In this document: one piece after another, positions 48,144 to 59,055 of the stretch
Layout: every line of letters starts with the position of its first letter
Position numbering within the stretch: the stretch's first letter is position 1
Assembly (NCBI GenBank): GCA_965221795.1
Contig: OZ244914.1
Location: 826,030 to 890,029, forward strand
Source: Candidatus Poriferihabitaceae bacterium
GTDB taxonomy: Bacteria; Pseudomonadota; Gammaproteobacteria; Arenicellales; Poriferihabitantaceae
Reading direction: 5' to 3'
DNA: 64,000 nt
The notes under the pieces: model-generated
The model's database searches: none
Told to the model about the DNA's origin: nothing
What the model saw: the letters and a program-made list of their open reading frames with translations, nothing else
Made by a program: the position numbers and the translations under genes

Positions 48144-49673
48144 CTACGCAGGCCTCTCCGATACATTACTGATTTCTGCCAGATCCAGTTCTTCCTGGCT
48201 GGTGATTTTGGCACCATCATGCCGTTCGCTGTCCACCAAGGCCAGATAATCGGCCGTTACATTGCCGGTCACATATTCTCCACTGAAACATGACGTATCA
48301 AAGTCCACCAACTTCGAATTGAACATTCGCACAGATTCTTCCATGTCCATCAAATCCTGGTAAATCAACCAGTCGGCTCCGACCCTGGCACAAATCTCAT
48401 CCACGCTACGGTTGTGTGCCACCAGTTCATCGGAAGATGGCATATCAATTCCATAAACATTGGGATAACGCACTGGGGGGGCCGCAGAGGCAAAATACAC
48501 TTTTTTGGCACCCGCTTCCCGGGCCAACTCAATGATTTGCGAAGAAGTGGTTCCACGCACAATGGAATCGTCGACCAGAAGCACATTCTTGCCCGCGAAC
48601 TCGGCTTCAATGGCATTCAGTTTCTGCCGTACGGACTTTCTGCGTTCCGCCTGACCGGGCATGATGAATGTCCGGCCAATATAGCGATTCTTGATGAATC
48701 CCTCACGGTACGAAACCCGGAGTTCCTTGGCAACTTCCAGCGCTGCCGTCCGACTGGTATCCGGAACCGGAATGATCACATCAATATCATGATCCGGCCA
48801 TTCTCTCTGTAACTTGCGACCCAATCGCTTCCCCATCTCCATACGTGACTGGTACACCGAAACATCGTCCAGTATGGAATCGGGGCGGGACAAGTAGACA
48901 TATTCGAAGATACAGGTATTGTATTTGGCATGCTCATGGCACCGGGCCTGGTGTGGCACACTGCCCATATCGACCATCATGGCTTCGCCGGGTTGCAGAT
49001 CCCGAATCCGCTCATAACCGAGCACATCCAGTGCCACGCTCTCAGACGCAAACATATGAGCCGTTCCATCGCTGCTGCGGCGAGTACCGTAAATCAAAGG
49101 GCGTATGCCATGAGGATCACGGAATGCCACAATGCCGACCCCGACCACCATGGCAATCGCCGCATATGCACCCTGACAACGGCGCATGACATTGCCAATG
49201 GCCTTGAAGACTTCCGGCGCACCAATCTGGACCTGACGGTCGGCGATACATCGGCGCAACTCATGGGCAAATACATTGAGCAGGATTTCCGAGTCTGATG
49301 TCGTATTGATCTGGCGCAGTTCCTGTCGAAAGATCTCTTCTCGTAACTGGTCGGAATTGGTAAGGTTCCCATTATGGGCCAGCGCAATCCCATAGGGCGA
49401 GTTCACATAAAAGGGTTGGGCTTCCGCTCGGGAGTCACAGCCAGCGGTGGGGTAGCGGGTATGTCCGATTCCCATAGTGCCTTGCAGTTGCATCATATGG
49501 CGGGTATGAAACACATCCCGCACCAGTCCGTTATCCTTGCGCAGAAAGACACGCTTGCCATCGCTGGTCATGATGCCAGCAGCATCCTGCCCACGATGCT
49601 GTACCACCGTCAAACCATCATACAGCTGCTGGTTGACACGCTGATGATCAAGAATCCCCACGATGCCACACAT
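48144..49673 (-). CDS. purF: amidophosphoribosyltransferase
   Basis: N-terminal MCGIVGI (Ntn Cys) and a PRTase motif (VLLVDDSIVRGTT). 509 aa. Confidence 0.97.
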   Translation of the reverse strand: MCGIVGILDHQRVNQQLYDGLTVVQHRGQDAAGIMTSDGKRVFLRKDNGLVRDVFHTRHMMQLQGTMGIGHTRYPTAGCDSRAEAQPFYVNSPYGIALAHNGNLTNSDQLREEIFRQELRQINTTSDSEILLNVFAHELRRCIADRQVQIGAPEVFKAIGNVMRRCQGAYAAIAMVVGVGIVAFRDPHGIRPLIYGTRRSSDGTAHMFASESVALDVLGYERIRDLQPGEAMMVDMGSVPHQARCHEHAKYNTCIFEYVYLSRPDSILDDVSVYQSRMEMGKRLGRKLQREWPDHDIDVIIPVPDTSRTAALEVAKELRVSYREGFIKNRYIGRTFIMPGQAERRKSVRQKLNAIEAEFAGKNVLLVDDSIVRGTTSSQIIELAREAGAKKVYFASAAPPVRYPNVYGIDMPSSDELVAHNRSVDEICARVGADWLIYQDLMDMEESVRMFNSKLVDFDTSCFSGEYVTGNVTADYLALVDSERHDGAKITSQEELDLAEISNVSERPA

Positions 49674-49675
49674 GG

Positions 49676-50209
49676 CTATATTTTCCCCAGGTTGGGTTCT
49701 ATGGGAAGAAGGTCAGTGGCGGGAGGCCGAAAGTTATTGACCGCTTCCGGCGGCATCAGCGACAGAATGAGTTCAGTCACGGGAGTGAAATAGCCCACCA
49801 ATCTGGCGTCATGCCACCAGGGTTGTGCCGCAAAATTCATGTATACAGCTGCCACGATCAGCGCTCCCACCAAAATCACTCCCCGGGAGAAGCCAAACAC
49901 TGCTCCCAACGACCGGTCCATGCCAGAAATACCGGTAGCGGCAAACAACCGATACAGCAGAAAACTCAGAATGGACGCCAAGATCAATACGACCACGAAG
50001 ATGATGGCGAATGAAGAGGCGATACGCAACGGTGCCTGACTGATATGCGCTTCCAGATACATTGCACCCCGGACCGCGAACACCCACGCCAGATAAACGG
50101 CAATGATCCAGGAAGCAAGGGACAGGACTTCACGGATAAAACCACGAAAAACCCCCATCAAGGTGGAGATGGCGATGATCACAAAAATAACGAGGTCGAC
50201 CGGGCTCAT
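49676..50209 (-). CDS. cvpA: CvpA-family membrane protein
   Basis: 177 aa with 4 TM helices. GVFRGFIREVLSLASW motif. Lies upstream of purF, as in many gammaproteobacteria. Confidence 0.85.
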   Translation of the reverse strand: MSPVDLVIFVIIAISTLMGVFRGFIREVLSLASWIIAVYLAWVFAVRGAMYLEAHISQAPLRIASSFAIIFVVVLILASILSFLLYRLFAATGISGMDRSLGAVFGFSRGVILVGALIVAAVYMNFAAQPWWHDARLVGYFTPVTELILSLMPPEAVNNFRPPATDLLPIEPNLGKI

Positions 50210-50228
50210 GGGGGATCGCGGCGTGGAA

Positions 50229-50954
50229 TCAGGAGTTATCGTTGGTCACGTAACCCTTTTCTCCGGTCAGATCAATCAAGCGTTTGCTAACACCATCTGC
50301 CGCATCACGTCGAATATAAGGGCCTAGCCAGATCCGTGTGGAGCCCCCCCCTGATGTGGTGATCGGCTTGGTTTGGGGTTGATAACCATTCTGTTGCAAC
50401 AGGTCGACCACAAAATCCACATTGGTTTTTTTGGCGTATGTTCCCACTCGCACAAACCATCCTTCCTGATTCCGGGCCCGTTCGGGCTCTACCGAAGCGA
50501 CCTCGGTTCTCGCCGGCTTTCCAGATTCATCCGATATCGGCGTCATGATCAGAGTCGACTGGGATGGATCACTCGACAAGACCGATGAGGACGGGGAATC
50601 GGGGCGATTTCTCGGCAGGTCCGGTTCCTTGCTGTCTGGCACAACAACCTCACCAGATACATCCAGCGAAACCAATTCCCGCTCTGCAGGGATCGTTTTC
50701 GCCGGCTCGTCACGGCTTGTCTGCTCGGTCTTGTGGGTGACAGTACTGAGATCCAAGGGTGTGACTTTTGACCGATAGATGGATGCCGGTTGCCCGGGAG
50801 CTTCTGGACTCGGCTGGCCCTGCGGGTTGGGCTCTACCAGCAAGAACGGCACGATCAGTACCGCTACGGTCACCAATATAATCGCCCCGGTGATTCGATG
50901 CTTCAGCTCATATTCCGGCTCTGTCTGCCCGGAGCGTTTCAGCATCGGTGCCAT
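50229..50954 (-). CDS. dedD: SPOR-domain cell-division protein (DedD-like)
   Basis: One N-terminal TM helix, a Pro/Ser-rich linker, and a C-terminal SPOR-like GWFVRVGTYAKKTNVDFVVDLL...RIWLGPY. Lies between folC and cvpA. The start is uncertain. Confidence 0.65.
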   Translation of the reverse strand: MAPMLKRSGQTEPEYELKHRITGAIILVTVAVLIVPFLLVEPNPQGQPSPEAPGQPASIYRSKVTPLDLSTVTHKTEQTSRDEPAKTIPAERELVSLDVSGEVVVPDSKEPDLPRNRPDSPSSSVLSSDPSQSTLIMTPISDESGKPARTEVASVEPERARNQEGWFVRVGTYAKKTNVDFVVDLLQQNGYQPQTKPITTSGGGSTRIWLGPYIRRDAADGVSKRLIDLTGEKGYVTNDNS

Positions 50955-51066
50955 GGGGTACGCTTGACAGGAAACGGTATGGAGTGGTGGTTTGACACCA
51001 GGAACCATACCGAAAAGGCAGTCAGGATGCGTTCAACCTGTGCAGCCACCATACAGTTCCTTGACG

Positions 51067-52392
51067 TCATTGCAAAGTGCGGTCTTTTGCCAAAGACGCA
51101 ATTATATCACCGACAATGAAAAAGGAACCAAATGCTACCACCCGATCATTTGGGCCAGCCCAGTGCCGCGCCCCCTGGTATGCCCTTACGGCATCAGGAT
51201 AAGTCCCGATTTTTACTCCCGGAAGTCGGAAGGACATTTTTTTCGCCAGTGTTTCACTCGACTGTCCACGCTCATCGGCAATGCCAGCCAGATGCCAGTG
51301 ATCCACCCGCTTCACCATCTCCTGCAGGACTTCCTCCAGCGCCTTGTCAGCCAGTAGACCGAATACGGCATGGGTTTTCCCGGGCACGGTATGAGCATCC
51401 AGAAAACACGCCAGGGCCGCCGCCGAATCCGCATTGTGGGCTACATCCAAAATGGTCAAAGGGTCATAGCCGACTACTTCACAACGCCCGGGCAACCGAG
51501 CCTCAGCCAAGCCAGACACCAAATGTTCAGGAGTGACTTCGGTTACGGAAGAGGTCAGAGCGAGGGCCGCAACCACTCCACCGAGATTGTGAATCTGCCA
51601 ATGACCAGGAAGGCACTGCGGTACGCCCGCGATCCGACGCCAGTGGTGTGGGACAGCGGGATGATCGCTCCACCAGCAGCCACATTCCCCATCCGGCTCA
51701 GATGTCATACAATAATCCTTCCCGTCCTGTAGCAGCGTCGCATTGCGTTCCATCGCCATTACGGCGATCGTGGCAGGCGGTAACGGGTCCGCATTCACCA
51801 CAAGTTTTCCGGGTTTGATAATACCCGCCTTTTCCCTTCCGATCTGTTCCCGGTCAGAACCCAGCCATCGCTGATGATCTAACCCGATCGAAGTGATCAG
51901 TGCCAGATCATTCTCAATGACATTCACCGCATCCAGCCGCCCTCCCATACCGACCTCCAACACCGCGACTTCGATGGCATGCGACGCAAACACCTGCAAT
52001 GCACAGAGGGTCCCGAATTCAAAATAGGTCAATCCGATCTCCTCCCGGACCGCCTCAATACACTGGAACGCGTATACGATTTCGTCGTCGGTTGCCGGCA
52101 CTCCATCAATACGAATGCGTTCGTTATAGCGAACCAGATGAGGAGAGGTATAACTGCCTGTATGGTGTCCCGCTGCTATCAGGACCGCTTCCAGCATTGC
52201 GACACACGATCCCTTGCCATTGGTTCCTGCCACGGTGAAAACGAAAGGGGGACGTGCGATACCCAACCGCCGCCATACGGTCGCCACCGGATCCAATTGG
52301 AGGTCAATAGTCCGGAAGTGCTGGCATTGGATGTACTCCAACCAACCAGCCAAGCCTTGCGGCGGCACCCCTCCCCATTCAGTCGTGGCCAT
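51067..52392 (-). CDS. folC: bifunctional folylpolyglutamate synthase / dihydrofolate synthase
   Basis: [10 protein letters not shown]-loop with a Mur-ligase-like layout. Start set at the internal ATG (MATTEWGG), which overlaps the accD stop. Confidence 0.9.
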   Translation of the reverse strand: MATTEWGGVPPQGLAGWLEYIQCQHFRTIDLQLDPVATVWRRLGIARPPFVFTVAGTNGKGSCVAMLEAVLIAAGHHTGSYTSPHLVRYNERIRIDGVPATDDEIVYAFQCIEAVREEIGLTYFEFGTLCALQVFASHAIEVAVLEVGMGGRLDAVNVIENDLALITSIGLDHQRWLGSDREQIGREKAGIIKPGKLVVNADPLPPATIAVMAMERNATLLQDGKDYCMTSEPDGECGCWWSDHPAVPHHWRRIAGVPQCLPGHWQIHNLGGVVAALALTSSVTEVTPEHLVSGLAEARLPGRCEVVGYDPLTILDVAHNADSAAALACFLDAHTVPGKTHAVFGLLADKALEEVLQEMVKRVDHWHLAGIADERGQSSETLAKKMSFRLPGVKIGTYPDAVRAYQGARHWAGPNDRVVAFGSFFIVGDIIASLAKDRTLQ

Positions 52393-53374
52393 CAGGTCCA
52401 GCAGAATCCTTCGTGAATCTGGCCTTTTGGGATGATGTCTGCTGGACGATTTCTGCCTCGACGATGCAGGGCTCGGCAACGAGCGGGTTCGGCTTGATCT
52501 CCCGATTGGCCGTGGAACTACTGCCAAATCCCAGCTTGTCCAATAGGCCAAAAATCTCTTCTCGCATCTGACGGCGGTCTACAATTCGATCAATGGCACC
52601 ATGTTCCAGCAGAAACTCGGCTCGCTGAAATCCCTCTGGCAGGGTCTGGCGAACGGTTTGCTCAATCACACGAGGGCCAGCGAACCCAATCAATGCATTG
52701 GGTTCGGCGATAATGATGTCTCCCAACATCGCCAGGCTGGCCGAAACCCCCCCCATAGTCGGGTCTGTCAGAACTGAAATGAACGGAATCCCTTGCTCGC
52801 GATTGCGGGCGATGGCGGCAGCGGTCTTGGCCATCTGCATCAGGGAAAACAACGCCTCCTGCATGCGGGCTCCTCCCGAAGCCGAAAAACAGATCAGTGG
52901 CACCCGGTGGTCGAGGCTGTAATCGGCTACACGAACGAATCGCTCCCCGACTACGGTCCCCATGGAGCCGCCAAGGAAGCCGAAATCGAACGCCAGCGCG
53001 GCGACCGATGCTCCCTGCAAAGTACCCTGTGCACCGGCAATCGCTTCCGTGGAGCGATTGGTTTTGCTGGCTTCCGCCAACCGGTCCCGATACCGTTTCC
53101 GGTCGCGAAACTTGAGAATATCCCGAGGTTTGACCTTTTCTCCAATGAGCACCATACTGCCCGGGTCCAGAAATGACTCCAGACGTTCCTGCCCCCCCAG
53201 GCGCATGTGATGATTGCACTTTGGACAGACCTGAAGGCCCAGATTCAACTCTTCCCGGTACAGGGTAGCCTGACAGGCCGGACATTTGCTCCACAATCCT
53301 TCCGGCACCCCCCGCTTACCAAGACCGGTCCGGGTCTGGATTTTGGGGGGCAGGATCTTGTCAAGCCAGTTCAT
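52379..53374 (-). CDS. accD: acetyl-CoA carboxylase carboxyltransferase subunit beta
   Basis: N-terminal Zn ribbon CPACQATLY...CPKCNHHMR and carboxyltransferase core GGSMG. Confidence 0.95.
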   Translation of the reverse strand: MNWLDKILPPKIQTRTGLGKRGVPEGLWSKCPACQATLYREELNLGLQVCPKCNHHMRLGGQERLESFLDPGSMVLIGEKVKPRDILKFRDRKRYRDRLAEASKTNRSTEAIAGAQGTLQGASVAALAFDFGFLGGSMGTVVGERFVRVADYSLDHRVPLICFSASGGARMQEALFSLMQMAKTAAAIARNREQGIPFISVLTDPTMGGVSASLAMLGDIIIAEPNALIGFAGPRVIEQTVRQTLPEGFQRAEFLLEHGAIDRIVDRRQMREEIFGLLDKLGFGSSSTANREIKPNPLVAEPCIVEAEIVQQTSSQKARFTKDSAGPDGHD

Positions 53375-53400
53375 GGCAAACGTCCGGGAGACAGTTCCGA

Positions 53401-54048
53401 TCAGGACCCATGATGCCCGCTATCGGCCCTGTGGACTTGCCGGCAGAAATCCGCCATCTTGACCGGGTCTTTTTGGCCGTCAGTCTCAAGGCTGGTACTG
53501 ACATCGACCCCATAGGGCCGCACCTTCTCGACGGCCATGCAGACATTATCCATATCCAATCCACCGGCCAGAATCACTGGCTTGGTACCGTCATAGCAGG
53601 CCTTGCTCCAATCAAATGGGCGACCGCTGCCGCCATACTGGTCGGGCACAAAGGTGTCCAGCAACACTCCCTGACAGCAAGGGTAGCGACGCTCACAGGA
53701 TCCGAGATCCGTTTCCCGGGATACCCGGATAGCCTTGAGATATGGAATCCCGAACTGATGACAAAAGCCGTCGGATTCATCGCCATGAAACTGTAGCAGG
53801 GTCGGATGCACCTGATCGATAATGCGACGAACATACTCCGGTTCGGGATTGACCATGACCGCAACCGAGACGACCATGGGCGGCAAGGCTGCAGAGATGG
53901 CGGCAGCCTGTTCAAGCGACAGATGCCGGGAACTCGGTTCGTGAAATACCAGACCAATAGCATCCGCACCCACTCTCGCCGCCCTCCGGGCTACGTCCGG
54001 GTCTGTGATCCCACAAATCTTGATTCGGGTCCGAAGGGAAAGGCGCAA
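53401..54048 (-). CDS. trpF: phosphoribosylanthranilate isomerase
   Basis: KICGIT N-terminus, 215 aa, in the truA-trpF-accD arrangement. Confidence 0.85.
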   Translation of the reverse strand: MRLSLRTRIKICGITDPDVARRAARVGADAIGLVFHEPSSRHLSLEQAAAISAALPPMVVSVAVMVNPEPEYVRRIIDQVHPTLLQFHGDESDGFCHQFGIPYLKAIRVSRETDLGSCERRYPCCQGVLLDTFVPDQYGGSGRPFDWSKACYDGTKPVILAGGLDMDNVCMAVEKVRPYGVDVSTSLETDGQKDPVKMADFCRQVHRADSGHHGS

Positions 54049-54081
54049 AGGGTACGATGCAGAGACGGGCGAAGATTGATT

Positions 54082-54864
54082 CTACCAAAAGCGACATGCC
54101 GGCGGGGGTGGTGGCAGTTGGATTTCGGGCACATAATCGACCCCGGTCAAATACAACCCATCAGGAGGGAATGTCACCCCACCCTGATTCCGGTTGCGCG
54201 ACTCCAGTACATCGCGAGCCCACTCGGGTCTGGCCATTCCTTGGCCGATCGCACACAGGACCCCGACCAAATTACGCACCATGTGGTGCAAAAAGCCATC
54301 CGCGGAGACATCAAACCAGATCCACTGCCCGGCATGGCCAATGTCCAGTCGACGCAGTTCCTTGACCGGATTTCGTGACTGACAGCTCGCCGCCCGGAAT
54401 GCACTGAAGTCATGGATGCCAAGCAAATGGTCCGCCGCTGACTGCATGGCCCTGATCTCCAGTGGCCAGCGAAACCAGGTGACCCGACCATGCAGATATG
54501 CTGAACTTACCTCCCGGTTCAGCAGGATATAACGATAATGCCGGCCCTGTGCTCCGAAACGGGCATGAAACGCTTCTCCCACTGGTTGGGTCCAGAGCAA
54601 GCGGATATCGTTCGGCAGCCAGGTGTTGCCCCCCCGCAGCCAACTGATTGATGCGCGCGGGTTGGGGCTGTCAAAATGCAGGTACTGTCCACAGGCATGG
54701 ACACCGGTATCCGTCCGTCCGGCGGCAACCACATGCACCGCATGATCCGCGACCCGGCTGATGGCCTGCTCCACCGCTTCCTGTATCGAAGGCGCATGTT
54801 TCTGCCGCTGCCAGCCCGCATAGCGCACCCCACAGTATTCGACACAGGCCGCGTAACGCTGCAT
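54082..54864 (-). CDS. truA: tRNA pseudouridine(38-40) synthase
   Basis: YCGVRYAGWQRQ and the catalytic AGRTDTGVHA motif. 260 aa. Confidence 0.93.
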   Translation of the reverse strand: MQRYAACVEYCGVRYAGWQRQKHAPSIQEAVEQAISRVADHAVHVVAAGRTDTGVHACGQYLHFDSPNPRASISWLRGGNTWLPNDIRLLWTQPVGEAFHARFGAQGRHYRYILLNREVSSAYLHGRVTWFRWPLEIRAMQSAADHLLGIHDFSAFRAASCQSRNPVKELRRLDIGHAGQWIWFDVSADGFLHHMVRNLVGVLCAIGQGMARPEWARDVLESRNRNQGGVTFPPDGLYLTGVDYVPEIQLPPPPPACRFW

Positions 54865-54879
54865 CCCGCCGGCCCGCCA

Positions 54880-55491
54880 TCACAACCGGATCGGTTGACG
54901 ACCCTCGAACGCCTGGTTGAGTGTCGCCGGATCCATATACTCCAGTTCGCCGCCCATGGGCAATCCCCGTGCAAGGCGTGTAATCGGCACACCTTTGCCA
55001 GCCATCAAGTCGACCAGGAAGTCCGCAGTCGCCTGCCCCTCCACCGTCAGGTTAGTGGCCAGAATCAGCTCATTCACTGTCACCTCTTGCAGCAACTGCA
55101 GCAGTCGGTCCACCCCCAGTTCATCCGGTCCGATATCATCCAAAGGAGACAAACTCCCCATCAGGACAAAATAGCTGCCCTGATAGATGCCGGCCTGTTC
55201 GATCACCTCCAGGTCGGCCGGCGTTTCCACCACGCAAATTCGCGTCAGATCCCGCTCCGGCGACTCGCAGACCGGGCAAAGATCTTTCTCGCTGAAATTG
55301 TTGCAGCGATAGCAGTGGCGAACCTTGTTGAGGGCATGGCGAATGGCTTCGCTGATCTGGTTTGCACCTTCCCGGTCCCGTTCCAGCAGATGAAACGCGA
55401 TGCGCTGGGCGGATTTTGGCCCCACCCCTGGCAACCGACGCAATGCCTCTTGCAACACCTCGACCGAACGTGGATCAGCCATGGTGAACAA
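54880..55491 (-). CDS. recR: recombination protein RecR
   Basis: LPGVGPKSAQRIAFHLL HhH motif, a C4 Zn finger (CYRCNNFS...CPVC), and Toprim. The start may be the ATG at 55482. Confidence 0.95.
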   Translation of the reverse strand: MFTMADPRSVEVLQEALRRLPGVGPKSAQRIAFHLLERDREGANQISEAIRHALNKVRHCYRCNNFSEKDLCPVCESPERDLTRICVVETPADLEVIEQAGIYQGSYFVLMGSLSPLDDIGPDELGVDRLLQLLQEVTVNELILATNLTVEGQATADFLVDLMAGKGVPITRLARGLPMGGELEYMDPATLNQAFEGRQPIRL

Positions 55492-55497
55492 TCCACA

Positions 55498-55821
55498 TCA
55501 GAACGGCAGCTTCAGGCCCGGGGGCAGGTTGATCCCGGAGGTCAACCCGCCCATTTTTTGCTGTGACATTTCCTCGACCTTACGCACCGCATCGTTCAGA
55601 GCCGCCGCAATCAGATCCTCCAGAATCTCCTTATCGTCCGACATCAGTTCCTGGGCAATTGTGACCCGATGTACGTCATGACGACAGGTCATCACCACCT
55701 CCACCATGCCGGCACCTGACTGCCCCGTCACTTCCGTGCTGGCCAGTTCCGCCTGCATTTTCTGGAAGTTCTCTTGCATCGCCTGGGCCTGTTTCATGAT
55801 ATTGCCAAGTTGGTCTTTCAT
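55498..55821 (-). CDS. ybaB: YbaB/EbfC nucleoid-associated protein
   Basis: [24 protein letters not shown]-terminus, about 108 aa, between dnaX and recR. Confidence 0.9.
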   Translation of the reverse strand: MKDQLGNIMKQAQAMQENFQKMQAELASTEVTGQSGAGMVEVVMTCRHDVHRVTIAQELMSDDKEILEDLIAAALNDAVRKVEEMSQQKMGGLTSGINLPPGLKLPF

Positions 55822-55886
55822 CAGTTTTCCTCTGAACAGAATGAATGTACTGAATTTTCGGACACGGGGAAAATGCCCGCCTCCAC

Positions 55887-57566
55887 TCATTCCATTGGTG
55901 GACGAATGGATCCCGGCACAATTTCCGCATGGAACCGGGTGATCATTTGCTGCACATGCGGATCTTCCTGAAAGGTCTTCTCGGCCTGCGCCTGCCGCTG
56001 CTGGTTTTCCCGATCCCTGCGCATTGCCGGAGATTCATCGGTCAATTGATCGTGATCCTGGGCTGTCACCCTGAGTTGAAGGTCCGTACCGAAATGTTCG
56101 CAGCAAAGTTGCTGGATACGGCTTATACGGTGGTCCTTGAGCAGCACTTCCGATCCCTTCGCCAAGCACAATGTAAGAACACCTTCCTCCATCCGGACCG
56201 GCATCATATGCATTGCCAGTTCCCGCAGAATACCAGTCAATCGATCGCTGGTGGCAAACGCCGACCATCCTTCCGCACTGTCGAGACCGCACTCACCTGA
56301 CTCTGCATCCGGCCACTTTGGCGATGGGCCGGATGGAACGGCTGCCGTTCGGTCACCGGTTGTCTCCACTGGCACCTTGACTGGATTCGTCGGCCGAGAC
56401 GCGTGTCCGTCATGTCCTGGAGCGGATGCACCGTGGCGGCCAAGGCTCGGGGCGGTCTGACCCGAGGCTGTCGCTGTGGGATGGGTTGGCTGAAAAACCG
56501 CCATGCGAAGCAACGTCATTTCAAAACCTGAACGAGGATCTGTTGCCAGCGCAAAATCACGCTTCCCCAACAGTGCCGTCTGGTAGAAGAGTTGTAGCAA
56601 TTCCGAATCCACCCGGGACGCCATTTGGGCAAGCTCTTCCATGTCCATCCCTTTCGATTCCAGGATATCCGGGTTTACCTGATACAGCGCTACATTGTGC
56701 AGCGCAGTCAAAATGTCATCCAAGGCCGCCCGAAAATCCACCGCACGCTGAGCCATCTCCGCCACGGTCGCCAGCACAGCAGAACCGTCTTGATTGGCCA
56801 CCGCATCCAGCAGTTCGCGGGTGAAGTGGATCTCAATCATACCCAACATGCTGCGGACCCGTTCCGACCGCACCTCTCCCTGCCCGTGGGCAATCGCCTG
56901 ATCCAGAAGACTTAGGGCATCTCGTACACTGCCTTCGGCAGACCGGGCGATTACCCGCAACCCGTCTGGATCAAAGGCAATTTGCTCTGTTTTCAGAATA
57001 TGCTCCATGTGGTCCTGCAGCTGCTGGATATCCATGGCTTTCAAGTTAAACTGGATGCAGCGTGACAGGACCGTAGCCGGAAGCTTTTGCGGGTCGGTAG
57101 TGGCCAGCAGGAACTTGACATGATCCGGCGGTTCTTCCAGTGTCTTCAGTAAGGCATTGAAGCTGTGCATGGACAGCATATGGACCTCATCAATGAGGTA
57201 TACTCTCGACCGGCCCAAGGAAGGTGCGTACTGCACATTCTCCAGCATTTCCCGGGTATCCTCGACCTTGGTCCGGGAGGCGGCATCCACTTCCAGTAGA
57301 TCGGCATAGTTACCCTCACTGATCCCGACACAGGCCGAGCACTGACCACATGGGACAGCAGTGATCCCGGCCTCACAATTCAGTGCTTTGGCGAAAATCC
57401 TTGCCAGAGTGGTTTTGCCCACTCCTCGGGTACCGGAAAACAGGAACGCATGGTGAATCCGGCCGGAAGACAGGGCATTGGTCAGGGCAGACACCACATG
57501 GTCCTGGCCTACCACATCGGCAAATGTCTGCGGTCGCCATCTTCTGGCCAGGGCTTGGTAACTCAT
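55887..57566 (-). CDS. dnaX: DNA polymerase III subunit gamma/tau
   Basis: [11 protein letters not shown] Walker A, a Zn module (CGQCSAC), DEVH. 559 aa. Confidence 0.95.
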   Translation of the reverse strand: MSYQALARRWRPQTFADVVGQDHVVSALTNALSSGRIHHAFLFSGTRGVGKTTLARIFAKALNCEAGITAVPCGQCSACVGISEGNYADLLEVDAASRTKVEDTREMLENVQYAPSLGRSRVYLIDEVHMLSMHSFNALLKTLEEPPDHVKFLLATTDPQKLPATVLSRCIQFNLKAMDIQQLQDHMEHILKTEQIAFDPDGLRVIARSAEGSVRDALSLLDQAIAHGQGEVRSERVRSMLGMIEIHFTRELLDAVANQDGSAVLATVAEMAQRAVDFRAALDDILTALHNVALYQVNPDILESKGMDMEELAQMASRVDSELLQLFYQTALLGKRDFALATDPRSGFEMTLLRMAVFQPTHPTATASGQTAPSLGRHGASAPGHDGHASRPTNPVKVPVETTGDRTAAVPSGPSPKWPDAESGECGLDSAEGWSAFATSDRLTGILRELAMHMMPVRMEEGVLTLCLAKGSEVLLKDHRISRIQQLCCEHFGTDLQLRVTAQDHDQLTDESPAMRRDRENQQRQAQAEKTFQEDPHVQQMITRFHAEIVPGSIRPPME

Positions 57567-57680
57567 GAAACGGGCAAACAGCCAATGGGATGTAGCGGGA
57601 CTTCGACAGCCGGTCGGAGCGGGGAGCCAGCCAGTTCACACCGCCTGGGGCCGGAAAACAGCAGAGGCCTGTCGAAGGGG

Positions 57681-57796
57681 GGTGGCGGTTCCAACCGGCC
57701 CGGCCCTGGCACCCGCATCGGCTGCTACGGCTGCTTCCTTCCGGATCTGACCGGGTTCACAACCTATCGCCACCAGGGAGACCAGCCTTCACCGCC
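57681..57796 (-). ncRNA. ffs: signal recognition particle RNA (4.5S)
   Basis: The minus strand contains GGTCAGATCCGGAAGGAAGCAGCC, the conserved domain IV motif. The ends GGCGGT and ACCGCC can pair. Lies upstream of dnaX, as in many bacteria. Confidence 0.8.
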
Positions 57797-57860
57797 ATAA
57801 ACATTCAGACTCTGAGATCGGATTCTAACGGATTTGTCACTCAAGCGGGTAGGAAATTCA

Positions 57861-58086
57861 GGACTCCGCAAAAGTCGTACTTCGAAGATCATAGTTGACT
57901 TGATGGGGGCAACCCTTTTCCCTTCGATATTTTTTCGGTTCGAGTGTGGGCCAGCAAAGCTCCCTGGTGGATGATCCGGGTCATGGAAGAGGATCACTGG
58001 AATCCAGGCGAAGTTCGGGTGCGGTCGGTTCGCGATACGCGGGAACAGAGGGGCGCGGGGGCGGCGGATGGCCGCACCACACGATC
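57861..58086 (+). repeat. left arm of a ~220-bp inverted repeat
   Basis: Reverse-complementary to 60241..60460, at roughly 85-90 percent identity by eye (for example GGTGGATGATCCGGGTCATGGAAGAGGATCAC). Confidence 0.85.
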
Positions 58087-58261
58087 TCTCGTTGCCCGGA
58101 CTCACCCCGCCATTGATGGTGGAGTGGCGTCGTCCCTGAACCGTATTGCACGCTCCCCCTGGGTCGACGGTGGTCGTGTGCAGAAGCTCACTCGAAGCCC
58201 CTCCGACACACCAGTCCCCGTTCGCCGGGAGGCCGATGATATCGGGGCGCGATAAGGGCGG

Positions 58262-58840
58262 TCAGCGGGTCACGGTGACCACCGCGTCCCAGTCGCTGGA
58301 CTGGTGCATCACCCGGGCCGGGCGATAGCTGCCGGTAGAGCAGACATCCTCCTGGAATCGCTCCACCCGGCCCTCCTCGTTGATCCGATGGCGCCAGCCA
58401 TGGCGCTGGTTGAGATCACGGATGGTGTCAGGCGACCAGTCCGCGAACACGATCTCCTGAATCGTCAGGGTGAGCGTGTAGGGCTGGTTGAGAGTGCGGT
58501 AGGGGGTACGGTTGAGGTTGATGGCAATCCCCCCGCTCTCCGACTCGCCACAGGGAATGGTCGTCTCGGCGCGGTGCCCGGCGGTGCCGGGACAAGTGCC
58601 GCCGCCGTCCTGCAGCGTGCAGGCGATCGTATACGCGACCTTCAGCGCCCCGCCATGCACCCGGTCACTGCCGTTGGCCAGGAGGAGGCGGAAATGGGCA
58701 TAGCCGCCGTGCGGCACGGGCCAGGAATCGGCCCGGAGGTCGGGGATCGCGGTGGCTTGGGCCGGGGCGTCCTGCGCCCCCATGGCGAGGACCAGCACCA
58801 GCGCGGGCAGCAGGGTACTACCGAGGGTTCGGGTGGTCAT
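58262..58840 (-). CDS. secreted hypothetical protein
   Basis: Signal peptide MTTRTLGSTLLPALVLVLAMGAQDAPAQA. 192 aa, high GC, several Cys. Confidence 0.6.
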   Translation of the reverse strand: MTTRTLGSTLLPALVLVLAMGAQDAPAQATAIPDLRADSWPVPHGGYAHFRLLLANGSDRVHGGALKVAYTIACTLQDGGGTCPGTAGHRAETTIPCGESESGGIAINLNRTPYRTLNQPYTLTLTIQEIVFADWSPDTIRDLNQRHGWRHRINEEGRVERFQEDVCSTGSYRPARVMHQSSDWDAVVTVTR

Positions 58841-59055
58841 CGGGGCTCTCCGGGGTCATTTGGGTATGGTGCGAGACCACATGGGCGATCCCACGGGGTC
58901 AGTGCCAACAACTATACCATGATCTGTCCCGGCGAGTGGGTGGTCGCGGGCCCCGGTCGGGTCGTCGTTTGCCGGTTTTGCGGCGGTCCCGTCGGCAGAT
59001 TGCAAGCAGTCTTGCAGGAAGAGGCCCCCTGGAATGTGGTGGCAGCAGTCAGCGG

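Noticed and set aside
54676-55566. 296-aa plus-strand ORF.
   Set aside because: It is antisense to truA and recR, both confidently identified. No motifs are present.
55887-57566. A programmed -1 frameshift site (A AAA AAG type) in dnaX for the gamma subunit.
   Set aside because: I looked for the heptamer and its complement in the expected region and did not find it, so no frameshift is claimed.
57944-58255. Small ORFs starting MIRVMEEDH... inside both arms of the inverted repeat (also 59924..60355), considered as real duplicated genes.
   Set aside because: The two products diverge completely after about 30 residues and are Arg/Gly-rich. Conservation is at the DNA level across all frames, so they are treated as repeat sequence rather than CDS.
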